Shown here one piece after another: positions 1-12,927 of a DNA stretch of 64,000 nt. Numbering within the stretch: position 1 is the first letter of the stretch; the number at the start of each line of letters is the position of its first letter. Source of the stretch: Octopus sinensis (lineage: Eukaryota). The translations under genes and the position numbers were made by a program. The stretch spans positions 69,936,001-70,000,000 of the forward strand of contig NC_043005.1 of the NCBI RefSeq assembly GCF_006345805.1, read 5' to 3'. Below the pieces are notes generated by a model. The model was not told the DNA's origin, searched no databases, and worked only from the letters and a program-made list of their open reading frames with translations.

Positions 1-257
1 CTAGGCTTCATATTTTCCATGTGTTCTCTCACTTAAACAATACTAATCAATAAGCACACGCATACACAATCATACATATATGCATGTACGTGTACTCATA
101 TTTGTTTCTATGTCGACATGGTGAGGATCTGTAAATTTTCTACTGAACGTTGAATAATTTTGCGGGGAATTGGTTGTCGTAGTGCATATAAAGTTATATA
201 GTGTGTAAATAATGGGCTGAAGACTGTTTTTGCTCAGTAAAATTTGAAATCTGTCTA

Positions 258-330
258 TGGGACTTGGGATTCGAAATCACGTCTCCAGCAGACACGACAG
301 GCGTATTACCATTGTACCAATGCAAACCTT
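258..330 (-). mobile_element. tRNA-derived head (Pol III A/B boxes) of a SINE-like repeat
   Basis: Minus strand reads TGGTACAATGG (A box) ... GATTTCGAATCC (B-box-like) at tRNA spacing; no intact cloverleaf. Confidence 0.5.
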
Positions 331-459
331 TGAATTTCAGAGTGAAAATCATTCATTCATTATGATATACTACGATGTAATTTGGAAAGTATTGGTGATT
401 TACCATAACATTTCTGTAAATCACAGATATATATATATATATATATATATTGTATCCAT

Positions 460-770
460 CTATTTTCTCAAGCCGCTAAGTTACGAGGGCAGAAACAAAC
501 ATTCACGGGTTGTAAAGCGGTGGTGGTGGTGAGTTTCACCAAACACAGATACAAAGACACACAAGCAGTCATTATTACAGGCAAGCACACACACGAGAGC
601 GCGCACGCGCACACGTATTCACGACGAGCTTCTGTCAGGTTACTGTAACCGTATATATTAACAAAACTTTGGTTGACCAAGGGTTACGGCAGAACACACT
701 CGATCAAGATTCTACGAATTAGGACTGACTTTCGAAGTATCGTGTATCAGAAGCAAAGTAATTACTAAAC
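460..770 (-). mobile_element. Degenerate octopus-type SINE (family A, internal CA/TA microsatellite)
   Basis: CCGCTAAGTTACG...AAACACAGATACAAAGACAC...ACGACGAGCTTCT matches the better copies at 9585-9960 and 20081-20245. Confidence 0.55.
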
Positions 771-1614
771 TCTCACGCTAATTATAATGGCCATTACAAT
801 TTTGCAGAAGAAATTATTTCATGTATATTTAACAAATAAAATTATTAGATATTCTTAAGCTTCATTCGAATAGTATTAAGCTCACAGTATAGGAACAGAA
901 TTTGATGCAAGTAATACGCTCTAATAGTAATTTTTTTTTGTAAGAATGAATGAAACCAAGTACATTAATGAAAATATTCTCTGGTGTATATAAAATAAAT
1001 CCGGATGTAATGTATACATTCGATATTCTATCTGATCATTTCACTGGATTATGTTTATGTTCTAATGAGATTCTTTTGCAAAACTCATAATGTTATACAA
1101 CACAAAAGAGTTGAAGATGCTTCTAATACTGATGCCATTACACTTTCTCTTTTTTAAATTCATGCAGTCCATTCACACCCTTTTTATTCATACTATCATA
1201 TTACAAAGTTTTTCAGAAATTCTTCTGTGGTTTCATATTTCGACATGTGCGTGTAATTTAAAAGCTGAATTTCATTGTTAATGCATCAGCAGAAATGTGA
1301 GATACCTACATATTATCACTGAAATTTCCTTAAGCTAGAAATGTTAATTCTTCAGGAACAATTATAAGGATTATAAACTGAACAATACGCAGACTGTATT
1401 GTTCATAGAGAGTACATTTTAGAAGAACAGAAATATAAGAATTGAAGTAAAACTTAGAGTATGAGTAATTTTTATAAGCTTTGTTGATGGCTCTACTACA
1501 ATATGATACATTTGTTTCCCGTCTTTTAGTTTTATTATTCAAGGGAGAAATTTAGCCTGAACAAGACACACATAAATTATTAACACACACACACACACAA
1601 CTTATTAAAGTTAC

Positions 1615-2190
1615 TAGACGCAATTTAAAACCAAAATGCACAGGTAACAGATCAAAGAGTAAAAGAGAGAGAGAGTTGGTACAATAGTCACTAAATATCA
1701 CTAAGAGTGACAGTCATCAAGAGTATTGCAAGAAAGAGGAATCAAAACAACTCTTAACCACGAACAGATCATTTTCTGTTCAACAGAGCACTGTCTCTTG
1801 ACTGACAAGAGAGTCAACCTCCCCTCAGCAAGCGAGAGCACAAGATCGGCTGGCCGATATCGGATATAATAAATCCGCATCGGTGACGCTACTCCATTGC
1901 CTAGGGTTAAGCTAACTCGAATTGTCAGTTTGTAGACTATACTACAGGAATCAGTGACTGATTCCGTGAAATAGTAAAATAAAACTTATTAATTATTGAA
2001 GTGGCTAGACGCAGAAAGGCACAAATATAATAGTCACTAAAAGTGACTACGGGTGCAAGTAGCACCAGCATTGCTAGAAAAGTTAGGGTCGAAACAACTC
2101 TGTTCGTAGCTAAGAGTTGTTTTCACTCTTATTTCTAGTAATGCTGGTACTGACCTGTGCCCTTAGTAACCCTTTGTGACGACTGTACTT
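1615..2190. repeat. Palindromic non-coding repeat with direct and inverted unit copies (possibly Penelope pseudo-LTR-like)
   Basis: CTAGACGCA...TAGTCACTAA occurs at ~1615-1695 and ~2005-2040; 2051-2101 is an imperfect inverted copy of 2113-2162; AAAACAACTCTTAACCACGAACAGA (~1744-1768) matches the reverse complement of ~2099-2123. Confidence 0.55.
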
Positions 2191-2239
2191 ACACACATAT
2201 GTATATGTATATATATGTATATATATATATATATAATTG

Positions 2240-3804
2240 CAATTTGGTGGACAAGTAGCCCTAAAACCGGTAGAATACAAAACAAATCTGTAAAATTAAT
2301 ATTATTACTTTTACGTTTTTCAAAAATTGCTTTGGCGTCTTCTTTTATCCTTATGTTGCATGTCCGCTTCTCGTTTTAAAAACCATCAGTTCCGTCGGCG
2401 CGTTTGGTGTAAGTCTGCCACTGAACGGATCTCTAGCTCTTTGAATTCTTGATGAAATCGTTCACTATGCTCATCGCATACATCACCCATATTGGGTGGA
2501 AAAACGTCAAGATGAGTATGGAGAAAATTAATTTTTATAGACTTGCTTATAAACTTTCAAAAGATCGTTCACAATTGCAACGTAGTTAATTGAGATTGTC
2601 ATTTCCCCAAACAATTTTTACAATTTAAACAAACTTTTCCGAAGAGTTTTCTCTACTGGTCTTAATTTTCCTTCTAAATAACCATCACAAAATAGTGTGC
2701 GGATATCTAATCCATTAAAAACACTGGCTTTGATCTTGGCTTCACTCTTGGTAGAAATACATTTTTTCATTGAGGTATTTGAATCCTTCACGTCTTCATT
2801 CATGACCTTAACAAAATTGTGATACTTTGTATACCACTTTTACAACCCTAGAAGGAAACCAATAATATTCAAGTCCTCGCGTATATTCCACTTGTGCTCA
2901 CGCTATTCAATCAAGAGCAACCTTTTATCTATTGATTCATAAGTTTCCTTTAATCTTATAGCATGTACAAGTGGTATTGAAGGAGCCCAGTAGTCCTGAC
3001 TTTTCTTTTGTTAAACTCAACTCTCTAAATAAATCCCTTAACTCGTCTTTTTGAAGACCCTTGTTCATCACAGTGATCTGCTCTGTCCCTCGGGACCTTT
3101 TCCATTTAAGTAGATGCAGTACTTTCTTCCATTAGACTATGTTTGACAAAAGAAGAGGGAGGTCCTGTAACTGGAATATTTTCAGCAGCATGAGCAAATG
3201 GATTTACATCTGGATAAATAATCTTGGATTTGTTCACCTTAGAGAATTTTAGTTAAGCAGAAATAACAATCGGTATGGTGGTTTGTTGGTTCGCGCATTA
3301 TTACTGGTACTGCAGAGGGCATACTTTCTGTTTATCATTTCCATTCAGCCATTGTAGTAGTGCTGCGTAGCAGTTTTTGCAACAGACATGAGGCACCTAC
3401 TGTTTTAACAGGACTAGCAGTTATCAAGAAAAGGGAGTCCGATTGACTTACCATAACCTAATATCAATAGACAACTGTGAGGAGATCTTTACTATCATTA
3501 CACCGATAACAAAGTAAAATACATCCTCATCTTATGTGGTAATTTAACAGGTAGCCTACATTTCCCTCTATCAGCACATATTTTCCTTTCAGTGATGAGT
3601 ATGTGAATGAAAATCAAGAGCAAACAGCCTACTACGTGTCAATATTATCAATTGGTTGAGAAATCTGATGCTGTGAATAAATAACAAAACTACACGTGGT
3701 GTCTGAAAACTGATATCAGATTCATATTCAGCACCCTAGATTGTTCTAACTCAGCTGAAAGAGTTTAAATAGCACAACAAAACGTTTTTTGTTGCTGCCC
3801 AATG
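2240..3804 (-). mobile_element. Chapaev3-type (CMC) DNA transposon, decayed transposase
   Basis: Minus-strand motifs MPSAVPVIMREPTNHHTDCYFC, SEAKIKASVFNGLDIR and HTHLDVFPPNMGDVCDEHSERFHQE are typical of Chapaev3 transposases; terminus CATTGGGCAGCAACAAAAAA at 3804 resembles the CAC-type end. Stops, frameshifts and deletions present. Confidence 0.8.
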
Positions 3805-6454
3805 TTATCAGACATATGCATGTACATATTTGTCTCTTTCCCTGTATGTATGAATATTTATGTATATTTATATTTGTATATATTTATCTTTCTGTCTCTC
3901 TCTCTATTTCTCTCTGTTTCTCACTCTCTCTCTCCACACACACACACATGCGTACGTGATAACATGAGTTTGTATGCATATATATATATATATATATATA
4001 TACGTAAGTGTTATGCATGTATATATGTGTTAATGCATATAAATTTATTGGTATATTTTTCTAATGATAATGCTTATTATTTCTAACATGCTGTTAGGTT
4101 GAGACGTTTATGTAACGTTTGCTAATATCCGCTTGAAGTTTACAGAGGGTAATTCTGCAAAAATTGTGTAGTATTAAGCTAGAAGTTTTGAAATATTTGT
4201 CCTCAATTTAACTCTCAGTTTCAGTGGAAACAAGTTATTGAATAGTTAGACTATTGTCTACTTGTCGTGTGTATTTCTTTTGCTTTTCTGTGTGCATGTC
4301 CGTTTTGATATTCTATGTATATTGCACCCGCAATTAAGTTCCATATATACTAGCTGAACTTCAGTCTAATAGATCACTATGTAATTTGTCTCAATATCTC
4401 TTTTCCTCTCTATCTTTCTTTGTATCTTCCGTAAGTAATCACTATCATCTTCATTTTTCTTTTCCTTTTGTAGCAGACACATTCTATGCGTATAAATGAG
4501 ACATATTGACATATATGTCCAACGATGTATGCATGTGACTGACAGATATATTTCGAATTGTTTCAGTAGACAATATAGCTTTTCTTTTCCCATTGTTATC
4601 TGTATTCATTTATGATTGCACTATTCTCTATAATAACGCATATTTAACAAAAGATAATGGCTTATGCACAAACTTGGAAATCATCGATATAACAAGAAAA
4701 GTTACAATACATTCTACGTACGTCTTTGCATTTTATCATGAAAACTGCGAAAGAAATAGTGTACTACTTAACTGCACTTGGTATTTGTAGCTATCTCTTT
4801 ATAGACCTCATGAATAGAAATATTATTAAAATCATGTATTTTTTAAATATTTTCCCCTTATACATCTTTCAAATTATTTTTGACGAATCTACTTGTATAT
4901 TAACGCGATTCCAGGAGATAGAAAAGAACACCTGGTATGGTTCTTCAATGGCCTATTTCCAAATATCTTAGTTCTCTACTACATGGTTACGAACCAGGAG
5001 GTAATAGAGTCAACAAGGAACTTTCTATATTGTCTCTAAAAGTATTAGACGACGGAGCAGACAGTCCGCTATTTTCAATACCCTATGTTAAAAAGTAACC
5101 CTACCCGTTACATGATGTAATCTCAAAAACATGTGACGATCTAGGATTCAGCGATTCTCACGTAGATCAACTATTGATCTTCAATAAAGTAAATACATTT
5201 GATAATCATACAACCCCCTCATCTATTTCGTCTTATTCACTACTTATTATATATTTTTATATATCTAAGTGCACTAATATTGGATTGGGAGAATTGATTG
5301 CTGGTGGATTTCAACTGCTGACCCTTTCATTCTTGGACTTGACCATTTCCATCATTTAAAACAATGATTTCGATGAATCCGTTAAAGAATGAAGTGGCAA
5401 TCGATAAGTAAATTAGATTCCGTTGCATATACTAACCTACTATGCTGTTTCCCATGCTTTGAAACAAAAACACAACCAAAGGAAGAAACATATTTAATTT
5501 TTCACCCAAAATATTAAACTGTAATATCTTTTTATCGTAAGCAGTACACACGGCTTACTGTATCTGAAGAAAAGTTAATCATATTTGTGTGGGCAGCTGT
5601 TGATTGTTGCTTATAAATATGAAATCATCATCATTTATGAAATAACAATTACTGATGACAACAACTATTTCTAACTGAAGGTTATCAATTAACAAAACAT
5701 TGATATGAAATTAACGACAACAAAATATTTTAGCCTATGAATTTTGGCACGTTTTAAATAGCGACCAGTTATGAATATTCTTCACCATCCTGTCATTAAC
5801 ATATCCTTAACTAAACCTTGTGACAATAATGTTTTGAATATTTTATTTTCGTATTTTCATATTTTCATGTTCATGATATTTTAAATCAGGATTTAAAAAA
5901 AAAACTTATGAAGAAAATTAAAAATATGATTTGTAATCCCGTTTTTTGCTGTCACAGATTTGCCTCAAATATCTTTTTATAGCAATATCATTATTGCACA
6001 CGTAATTTATTAAAATCGTAAAGATAACTTCGAAAGTAACATTGATGCTCTAAATATAGTCCTTAACTAATCTCAAGATAAATGTAAATATCATGGTCGA
6101 TTGAGTATAAAAACTACTAGGCGAAAACGTGGTTTATATTGTGAGCACTGTTGTGTGATTTTGTTTTTAAACCAAGAATCTCGTTTATCAGTTTCTGATT
6201 CCGTCTAGCTGTAAAAAATTAATTACTGCATGCCTGTATGATCCAGAGATTCCCTTCGTGACTACAGTTTCAGGTTCAATTTCATTGAGAGTTAATTTTT
6301 GCAGGGCACCTTTACACTAAACTTGTACCCATCAATGTTTTGTGTGGGAAATTTCGTGGACGCACACACATATATATGAATACATATATAGATATGTATA
6401 TAAATATGCAGTTGGATGACTGCAGTATAATGACCGAAAGAAGTATATGTATGT

Positions 6455-6457
6455 GTG

Positions 6458-6555
<98 letters not shown>

Positions 6556-6575
6556 CGTGTGTGTATATATATATA
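6455..6575. repeat. (AT)n/(GT)n compound microsatellite
   Basis: Seen directly. Confidence 0.95.
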
Positions 6576-7239
6576 ATATGACCAAATTAAATGACTGTAT
6601 ATTCAATAAATTATATGGACTCATTCTATCATATGTACATCCTTGTTTATGAATGAAATATCTATATATATATACATGTCCAGATGCATTCCAGAAAGTA
6701 TATATTTTTTGAATGTACATGTGGATGATATTAAACCATAATTATGTCAAGCAAGATATTCGTATGTATATATGTGTATATCTATGTATATACATGTTAT
6801 CCATACCGATTTCCTGTATAGCGTACATGTGTATATGTATGGAGATGTGTATGCAGAATGTTTCTATTTGAATGTATGTGTATAGGCATGTCTATGTGTA
6901 TATGTTTATATATATATGTTCGTGAGGTTCATTTTTGAAAAAAAGTATCTAGGTATTTTTAGATAAAGAAAACGACATTATCACTATACTGTCTATGGAT
7001 TATTGTCGTTTATTTAATACGTAAATAAAATAAAAACCTATATGAAGTATTCATCAATCTCACATGCTTGCACTAGCTTCCTATTTACTTAAAACCATTA
7101 TAGAAATGACAGATGGCGGTTATCAAACCCACAAGCATATGCATCACCTCCGATGCATCACCACCTTAACTGAAAAGGTGAATTAGAATGACGTAATTCG
7201 TTTGCAAACAAATCCCGAATATAGTATAAATGCCTGGTA

Positions 7240-7310
7240 CGTTGGAAAAAATCCTTCGTCATTAAACTAGATATGGCGAATGCCTAGTCAGTACCCTTCA
7301 CTTATTGGTA
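7240..7310 (+). pseudogene. Small reverse transcriptase remnant (RLE-LINE-like motif)
   Basis: Translates FVIKLDMANA*SVP, resembling the WLDLANAYGSVPH motif; flanks too decayed to extend. Confidence 0.3.
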
Positions 7311-8116
7311 AGACTTAAGTCATATTTTTGGCAGAACATTCATCCAGTTTGCAGTAGAATATCCACTCATAAGAGAATATGTCTTCAAACAAGTGTTTGA
7401 AATTATATTTCTACCCATTACGACCAACAAGCTAGCATCAGAATATTGGGATATTCAGTCCAAATATTGGTCGGTGACTTGTACATTCAGCGTTTCTTTA
7501 TTATACTGCTTACACATGCAGTCACATACACGCACCCACATAAACACAAGAACGCACACGCAACCACATACACACACACACACATGTAACCGCATACACA
7601 AAACCATACACACTCATATGTGTATATACGCTTTCTTCAATCACAATAGCCAGTCATGTAAAATGAACTGGTTAACTTGAAATATTTACAAAGAGAATTT
7701 TGTAACCAACTGTAAAACACCGTAACGGCGATTACCAGCATTCGTTAAAATTTAGTATTGCCGCAGGAATTAAGAGAGAAAAAAATAAATCTATGAGACA
7801 TTTTATAGTTATTTTAGTAGATTTCTTTTATTTTAACCTTTACATTCTGCATATTTTTTTTCGTCATTTATAAAGAAAGTTTTCGTTATTTATTTTTTTT
7901 CATTACTTTTGTTTTTCAGTCTTGCTTTTATCTTTTAAAGTTGGCATTCCATTTCAAAAGATTTCTACTGATATTACTCGACAAAATTGAAAAATTCTAT
8001 TCCACATTTATATAACCTAAGTTATTTAATGATTGCCCCTTTTCCCTTGCATTTTTCAATTTTTTTCTGTTCTCTTTCTTCCTTATTTTCTCGCTTCAAT
8101 CTGCACATGTCTCGCT

Positions 8117-8357
8117 CTCTTCTTCTTCTTCTTCTTCTACTTCTTCTTCTTCTTCTCCTTCTTCTTCTTCTTCTTCTTCTTCTTTTTCTTCTTCTTCTTC
8201 TTCTTCTTCTTCGTCTTCTTCTTCTTCTTCTTCTTCTTCTTCTTCTTCCACTTCTTCTTCCTCTTCTTCTTCTTCCTCTTCTCCTTCTCCTTCTTCTTCT
8301 TCTTCTTCTCCTACTTCTTCTCCTTCTGCTTCTTTCCCTTCTTCTTCTTCCTCTTCT

Positions 8358-8389
<32 letters not shown>

Positions 8390-8432
8390 TTCTTCTTCTC
8401 CTTCTTCTTCTCCTTCTCCTTCTTCTTCTTTT
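8117..8432. repeat. Long (TTC)n/(GAA)n microsatellite followed by a pyrimidine-rich tract to ~9000
   Basis: About 315 bp of TTC units with TCC/TAC variants; source of the poly-E/L/F ORFs. Confidence 0.97.
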
Positions 8433-9534
8433 CTCTCTGTCTCTCTCTCACAATAATTCACATTAACATATCTGCATTTCTTCTCCCTCGTGTTGCTACT
8501 GTCTTTCTGCTCCAGTTTATCTCCTTTCAACGCGCTTCTATTTATATTTAATGCTCTAGTGTTCCCTTTCCCTCACACATTTTCATTTTATCCCGCCTTC
8601 CGTCATCTCTGTCACACTTGTATTCCTATCTCACACACATCATTCTATAAACACTCTCTTTATATGCTTCTCTCTTCTCCTCGTAATACATCTCCCTTTA
8701 TCTATTTCCCATGCCTCTATCTATCTCCCCTTTTCACTCCTCAACGTTTCATTCTCGATTCACTCCCCTATTCTTATTATATTCCTTATAATTCTTCTCC
8801 CTCTCTCGCTTCTTTCATTATCTTTTTATATTTCTCAACCCATATATTTCTTTTCTCTCTTCCCTATCCTTCCTTCCTTATTTTCTCTTTTCTTCTGGAG
8901 GCTAGCCTTTCACACACGCATACAACTTCTCTCTCTCTCTCTCTCGCTACCTCTTACTCTCCTCGCGCCATGTCATCCCCTTTCTTCTATTTTTGAATAC
9001 TGTATTTCACCCCTTCCACAGCCCATTACTTCCACTCTCACTGGAAATGAAATAATTCAAAATCAATGATATTGGCTGATAGAATGAAGATTAAAAATAG
9101 TTTGCAGGAAATTCTTTTCTTTAACAGACTAAAGCAATTTTCCATTTCTCATTGTTCGCTACTTTTTTCTTTTACATTCTCATCGTAGTTTCCTCTTTTC
9201 CACCTTTCCATTATTTCCTCTTTTAGATTTTATTTTTGTTCTTCTTCCTCTTGCTGTTGCTGTCTGTCATATATGGATTTATACGATTTTGCTTGTTTTA
9301 TGTTTGTATTTATTGTTCCATTTTTTGATTTATTTCTATATTTTTTATATTATGGGTGATGATCTACCTATTGTACTATTGTATGCGGAGGTTCAATAGA
9401 TCCTGTAGCTGACAGCATACCAATTGTTCTGTATATATCCGCAGCTGTTTATCTGGTTCCCACTAAAGAAAGCTGACCTCAGGAATACTGTTGAATGTTG
9501 CCAATGTAGGTATTCTAAACATGGAATTTGAAAC

Positions 9535-9573
<39 letters not shown>

Positions 9574-9584
9574 CATTTATTCGT

Positions 9585-9958
9585 TTATTCTTTTACTTGT
9601 TACCGTCATTTGACTGTGATCATGCTGGAGCACCGCCTTATAGAATTTTTGTAGTGGAAGAAATCGACTCCCTGACTTATTCTTAGTAAACCTAATTCTT
9701 ATTCCATAACACTCTTCTGCCGAACCGATAACTTACGAGGACGTAAATACACCAGCATCGATTTTCAACCGATGGTGAATGGAAAAGCCCACAAACAAAG
9801 ACACAACCATAAATATATACATATATATAAAACGGGCTTCTTTCAGTTTCCGTATACTAAATCCACTCATGATTCTTTGATCGGTCTGAGACTCTTGCAC
9901 AAGATGCAACGCAGTGGGGCTGAACCTTGAACGAAGTTGTTGGGAAGCAAGCTTTTTA

Positions 9959-9960
<2 letters not shown>
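9585..9960 (-). mobile_element. Octopus-type tRNA-derived SINE (family A), near full length
   Basis: Body CATGCTGGAGCACCGCC...GCCGAACCG.TAA.TTACG...ACGGGCTTCTTTCAGTTTCCGT...GCAGTGGGGCTGAACC shared with 15832-16290 and 20081-20245; B-box-like GGTTCAGCCCC on the minus strand. Confidence 0.8.
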
Positions 9961-10000
<40 letters not shown>

Positions 10001-10091
10001 TATATATATTATATATATATATATATATAAACATAAGAGCAAAATTCGCTGCAGTAAAATATGTTCATTGTGATGGTACATAACGAATAAG

Positions 10092-10324
10092 TCGGCGAGC
10101 TGGCAGAATCGTTAGCACGCCGGGCGGAATGCTTAGCAGTATTTCGTCTGTCGCTACGTTCTGAGTTCAAATTCCGCCGGGGTCGACTTTGCCTTTCAGC
10201 CTTTCGGGGTCGATTAAATAATTACCAGTTACGCACTGGGGTAGATATAATCGACTTAATCTCTTTGTCTGTCCTTGTTTGTCCCTTCTGGGTTTAGCTC
10301 CTTGTGGGTAGTAAAGAAATAGGT
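10092..10324 (+). mobile_element. Octopus-type tRNA-derived SINE (family B), full length
   Basis: GGCGAGCTGGCAGAATCGTTAGC (A-box region), GAGTTCAAATTCC (B box), core GGTCGACTTTGCCTTTCA.CCTTTCGGGGTCGAT; at least 8 related copies in the window. Confidence 0.9.
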
Positions 10325-10417
10325 ACATAACAAATAAATCTTGTCTCAAGTTGTAGTACTCATATTGCCAGTTACCCGGTTTTCATGAGGTATGAGTTAC
10401 TGTAATCATAATATTGC

Positions 10418-10620
10418 AGAGGCGAGTGACATGCTGGTTAAGACGTCGCACTCATAATCGGAAGATTATTGTTTCGATTCCTGGATCGAACGATGCGTTG
10501 TCTTAGCATAAAAAAACTTCACTTTATTGTTTTTCACTGAGCTGCAAAAAATGAGTACTACAAGGGAGCGTTGTTCCCTCCAGGTGGGGAATATGTACTT
10601 GGAGGAATTCAGAAACTCTG
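10418..10620 (+). mobile_element. Degenerate tRNA-headed SINE (family C)
   Basis: tRNA-like head GCTGGTTAAG...GTTTCGATTCC followed by a CACTGAGCTG..AAAAATGAGTAC core; a related inverted fragment at ~10690-10820. Confidence 0.5.
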
Positions 10621-11170
10621 CTTTATGGGGTTCAGAGAATGTTACAGTAAGAAGGGTTAACTAGAACATTCCCTGAACTTGGAACCAGTCTGTCACATGA
10701 CTGAGTGTCAGCTGAGTGGACTGAAGCAGCATAAAATCAAGTATATTGGCCGAGGACAAAACATTCTACACATTCTATAAACCGAAACCACAACCTGGCG
10801 AGAGAATCTACAACACTAGACATCTACCTTCACAGTGGTGCAAAGAACATTCTTTTACATACTTATTAATCTCTACACTTACGAAAGTAGTTTCAGTTTC
10901 AATGCACACAGTGGCGTGTGTACAGAAAGTGGAGAAAACGTCCATATGTTGACCTAGCTATTCAGATTTACAGCTTCAAGTTGATGTCTGGAGGAAGAAT
11001 TCAAAATGGAGAAGAATATTCTTGGGATTGTAACTTATAGAGTTATATGACTTGTCTTAGCGAGCAGTGCAGTGTTTGAATATACAGGTAGAATAATTGC
11101 AAACCTCCAGGCAGAAAAGTTTGCTGTGCACATATTTTAGAGAGGCTGTTCACATTGTTTCGTTTTAGGT

Positions 11171-11509
11171 TAGAGGTTCTCAACAGGTGCTGATATAGCT
11201 ACTGAAGGTACGTATAAGAATTTAGGGGATCCACGCAATAGAATAAAACATTGGGGATCCATAATGGTATTTTAATGGACCCTGAAAAATGTTTGTCTTT
11301 AGATGTATGTATTGGTATGTATTACCAGAAACACCTAGGTTTTTTTCTCTAACACACTCAAGTTAGTCAAGTTAATGTGTGAAAAAGAAAGTGATTTTGA
11401 AAGAAGTTTCTATAAAACTGGTTTTCAAACATCGAATAGCTATCATATTCCACAAGACAGAAATAATAATCAAAGGGACCCATAGATAAATAATGGTTTA
11501 GAACCCCCT
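11171..11509. mobile_element. hAT (Charlie-like) MITE
   Basis: Imperfect terminal inverted repeats TAGAGGTTCTCAAC / GGTTTAGAACCCCCT, subterminal GGGGATCCA repeats, no coding capacity. Confidence 0.6.
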
Positions 11510-11569
11510 TTTTTGTGTGTTCACCAGACAGAATTGTTAAAGTTGGATAATTGTTAGTAAGATTTGTTT

Positions 11570-11700
11570 TGACTGTTAGATTATCCGTTCAAATTCCGCC
11601 GAGCTTAGCTATGTCTTTCATCCCGCTTGGATCGATAAAATAAACTAGCAATCAATTACTCTAGTCAATGCTTGTCCTCGCCCTCTCAAAATTTTCCTAT
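11570..11700 (+). mobile_element. Family B SINE fragment
   Basis: GTTCAAATTCCGCCGAG...CTTTCATCC...TCGATAAAATAA. Confidence 0.6.
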
Positions 11701-12927
11701 GTTGAAATACAACATAAACCGAAACAAGTTCAAAGTTACAAGATCTCAAAATCTTGTGTCAGATGTTGCACTGCGGAGGTCAGAATTTAATATATACTGG
11801 GAATGACTAAAAGAAAGTAACAAACAAATATACCAATAAGATTATCAATAAGTATTGCAATATCAAGATATCTTAAATGTCTATTTCTCTAAAAAGAAGT
11901 TATTTCATCTATGAAATTCCCTCAGATGTCCAAGCTAGAATACCAATTAAATGAATAAGGTCAGTGATAATAGCAAACACATATAATCAATGTGAGACTA
12001 GACTGCAGAGATATATATTTATGTGTGAATATGTATGCCGGTATGTGTAAGAGGGAGAACAGACACACAAACATACATAGAAACACACACACAAATGCGT
12101 GCACGCACGCACACATGCGAAATAAGTGGAGGTTATATATGTATGTGTGTATGGGTGTCTGAGTCAATTGCGTTTCTGTTGTCAATAGAAAAGTACATTA
12201 AAGTCAGTGAACTCACTTAGTTTAGAAATGTCAAGGAGTCAAGCAAGCATGAAATTCACTCAAGTGGCAATATTGTAGAACATGGAGGTTAGGCTTTGAT
12301 GTTAATACGAATAACGACTTCTATAGCATCAACGCAATTGAGCGATGTGCTCGCTTGTAACATACGTGTAAGCATTTCTGTAAATGATTTGACATATACA
12401 CAGTTTTCATTTCAACAAGTAGTATCACCTATACTCCTCCACACACGCCCATATAGTGAACGAATGCGTATTAAAATATGGACACACACACACATAAACA
12501 TACGCACACACACACACATATATATAGATATATATATGTATATATTTATATACACATATATGTGTGTGTGTTTGTGTGTATATGTGTCTATGTATATATA
12601 CATATATATAAATATATATATACATGTATGCACGCACACACATATATATATAGAGAGAGAGAGAGATAGATAGATAGATATAGATGTATGTGGGTATCCT
12701 GGGAGATATGTTTTACTGCAGATGTATATTAAGGTGCGTATAATGTTAAAAATCATCAATCTTTTCAGATATTTTAATGTTGATGCATTTTGCAAAATCT
12801 GTTTCAAACTTGAAGTAACTTTACGGTGATAAGCTATTCATTATGTAATGTTTTTCTACTACACAGAATATATTATAAATAGAATATATTATACATTTTT
12901 AAAATTACAAAAATACAGCTCTTCATG

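Noticed and set aside
1801-1965. Call as SRP (7SL) RNA
   Set aside because: Too short and lacks the helix 6 and helix 8 tetraloop signatures; kept only as an unknown structured RNA.
7987-8551. Poly-L, poly-F and poly-E ORFs
   Set aside because: They are the reading frames of a (TTC)n microsatellite; no domain or splice support.
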